Assembly: GCA_029560215.1 (NCBI GenBank)
Contig: JAKPZB010000078.1
Coordinates: forward strand, 1-48,142
From: Methanobacteriota archaeon
Lineage (GTDB): Archaea > Thermoplasmatota > Thermoplasmata > Methanomassiliicoccales > UBA472
Direction: 5' to 3'
Length of the DNA stretch: 48,142 nt
Notes under the pieces: generated by a model
The model's database searches: none
What the model saw: only the letters and a program-made list of their open reading frames with translations
Told to the model about the DNA's origin: nothing
Shown here: positions 47,205-48,142 of the stretch, one piece after another
Layout: the number at the start of each line of letters is the position of its first letter
Numbering within the stretch: position 1 is the stretch's first letter
Program-made: the position numbers and the translations under genes

Positions 47205-47232
47205 TCGAAAAAAAATAAAAAAAGGAGGATTG
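47205..47232 (-). terminator. Oligo-T terminator downstream of the 22-aa small ORF
   Basis: Minus strand CAATCCTCCTTTTTTTATTTTTTTTC. Confidence 0.6.
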
Positions 47233-47249
47233 GTCATCGTCAGCGGTGA

Positions 47250-47318
47250 TCAGGCGCGGAGGAAAAAAATGTTGCCGTTGACTATGACAAAGTTCGGCTG
47301 GCCTAGGTTCTTCTTCAC
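47250..47318 (-). CDS. Unannotated 22-aa peptide MKKNLGQPNFVIVNGNIFFLRA
   Basis: Perfect SD GAGGTGA 5 nt before GTG, TGA stop, AT-rich promoter region upstream and T-tract terminator downstream. Confidence 0.6.
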   Translation of the reverse strand: MKKNLGQPNFVIVNGNIFFLRA

Positions 47319-47435
47319 TTGTATCACCTCTTTAGTGAATTCTTATCGGTATAATCGCATTTGAACGATGATTGAAATAATATTTAATCATTATCTTGCT
47401 ACTACAACGCTAAAAAATGATTTTAGTGGTGCAAA

Positions 47436-48008
47436 ATGACCGAGATAGGTGTCGAACAGATCAAGGTGCTGTCGGACCAGAACCGCCTGGCCATACTGTC
47501 CTTGCTTGCCATCAGAGAGATGACCACCACTGCCATATCCGATCTCCTGGGACTGAGCGTGCAGAACGCCCAGTACCACATCAAGAAGCTGCTGGAGGCC
47601 GGTCTCATCGTGCCCACCCGCACCGAGCTGGTGGGGAACCTGGTGGAGAAGTACTATCGTTCCGCCTTCGAGCCAGGGATCATGGGCGACGCCGCCGGCG
47701 TCAGCTCGGTGGATATCGCGGAACGCCTGAACATCGTCTTTGCGGCGCTGGGCGCCATCAAAGGCATCCTGAACCGCGGCATACGCACCATGGACGAGCG
47801 GAAGGAGTACTTCATGAACGTGGCCGACCGCCCGAACTATCCCTTCGGGGCGAACTACGTCATCCTGCCGGTGAGCGATTCCGCCGCGCAGGAGGCGGAG
47901 AAGCTGATCTCCGATCTCGACGACCGTCTCAAGGAGCTCTCGGACAAGCATCCAGAGGAGGGGAAGCCCAAGTTCGCCATCCTCTATTCGGTGTTCCCCT
48001 TCGAGTGA
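47436..48008 (+). CDS. ArsR-family winged-HTH transcriptional regulator
   Basis: IKVLSDQNRLAILSLL..EMTTTAISDLLGLSVQNAQYHIKKLLEAGLI..EKYY. Confidence 0.9.
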   Translation: MTEIGVEQIKVLSDQNRLAILSLLAIREMTTTAISDLLGLSVQNAQYHIKKLLEAGLIVPTRTELVGNLVEKYYRSAFEPGIMGDAAGVSSVDIAERLNIVFAALGAIKGILNRGIRTMDERKEYFMNVADRPNYPFGANYVILPVSDSAAQEAEKLISDLDDRLKELSDKHPEEGKPKFAILYSVFPFE

Positions 48009-48055
48009 GAGGGCGAATATTTATTAAGCTTGACGCAATGCTGAAATCCCATCAT

Positions 48056-48130
48056 GGCCGGGATGGGGTAGCCTGGTTATCCTTGGGGACTGTGGATCCC
48101 CGGACGCGCGTTCAAATCGCGCTCTCGGCC
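48056..48130 (+). tRNA. tRNA-His (GTG), G-1 genome-encoded, CCA not encoded
   Basis: Acceptor GCCGGGA/TCTCGGC with G at -1 and C discriminator; anticodon arm GGGGA-CTGTGGA-TCCCC; T arm CGCG-TTCAAAT-CGCG; TATA upstream and T-run downstream. Confidence 0.96.
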
Positions 48131-48142
48131 CCTTTTTCATTC

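Noticed and set aside
1153..47951. Many long antisense or alternate-frame ORFs (e.g. 1153-2466, 4731-6518, 14566-15768, 34744-36402, 43588-45189)
   Set aside because: They shadow well-supported genes and have the composition expected from high-GC3 codon bias, with no recognisable motifs.

Overview
High-GC archaeal chromosomal segment, almost certainly from a Methanomassiliicoccales methanogen (mcrBDGA with mcrC displaced next to atwA, methylotrophic corrinoid genes, no membrane Mtr operon). The left half is the MCR supercluster: marker genes mmp3-6-5-15-17-7, atwA-mcrC, a divergent HTH/DUF2111-type regulator, a KamA-family radical SAM enzyme, mcrBDGA-DUF2098, and lrp-ycaO-tfuA with a SAM-methyltransferase-like gene upstream. 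The middle is a corrinoid methyl-transfer region (soluble MtrA/MtrH-like pair, MBL hydrolase, RamA, CobW-like GTPase, two URO-D/MtaA-family proteins, a corrinoid protein) interrupted by an arsenic-resistance module. The right end carries housekeeping genes and tRNA-His. Main observations: (1) a 19-bp operator TGGATG-N7-CATCCA sits at identical spacing upstream of the mcrB and corrinoid-gene TATA boxes and over the promoter of the HTH/DUF2111 gene, suggesting a methanogenesis regulon and its regulator; (2) the anchor-less MtrA has an MtrB-like tail and is paired with MtrH; (3) an in-frame amber junction joins ramA to the MBL hydrolase; (4) an unannotated 22-aa peptide gene lies between a CPBP protease and an ArsR regulator; (5) two structured non-coding transcripts lie at the left end. 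All protein family calls come from motif recognition by eye; no searches were run.
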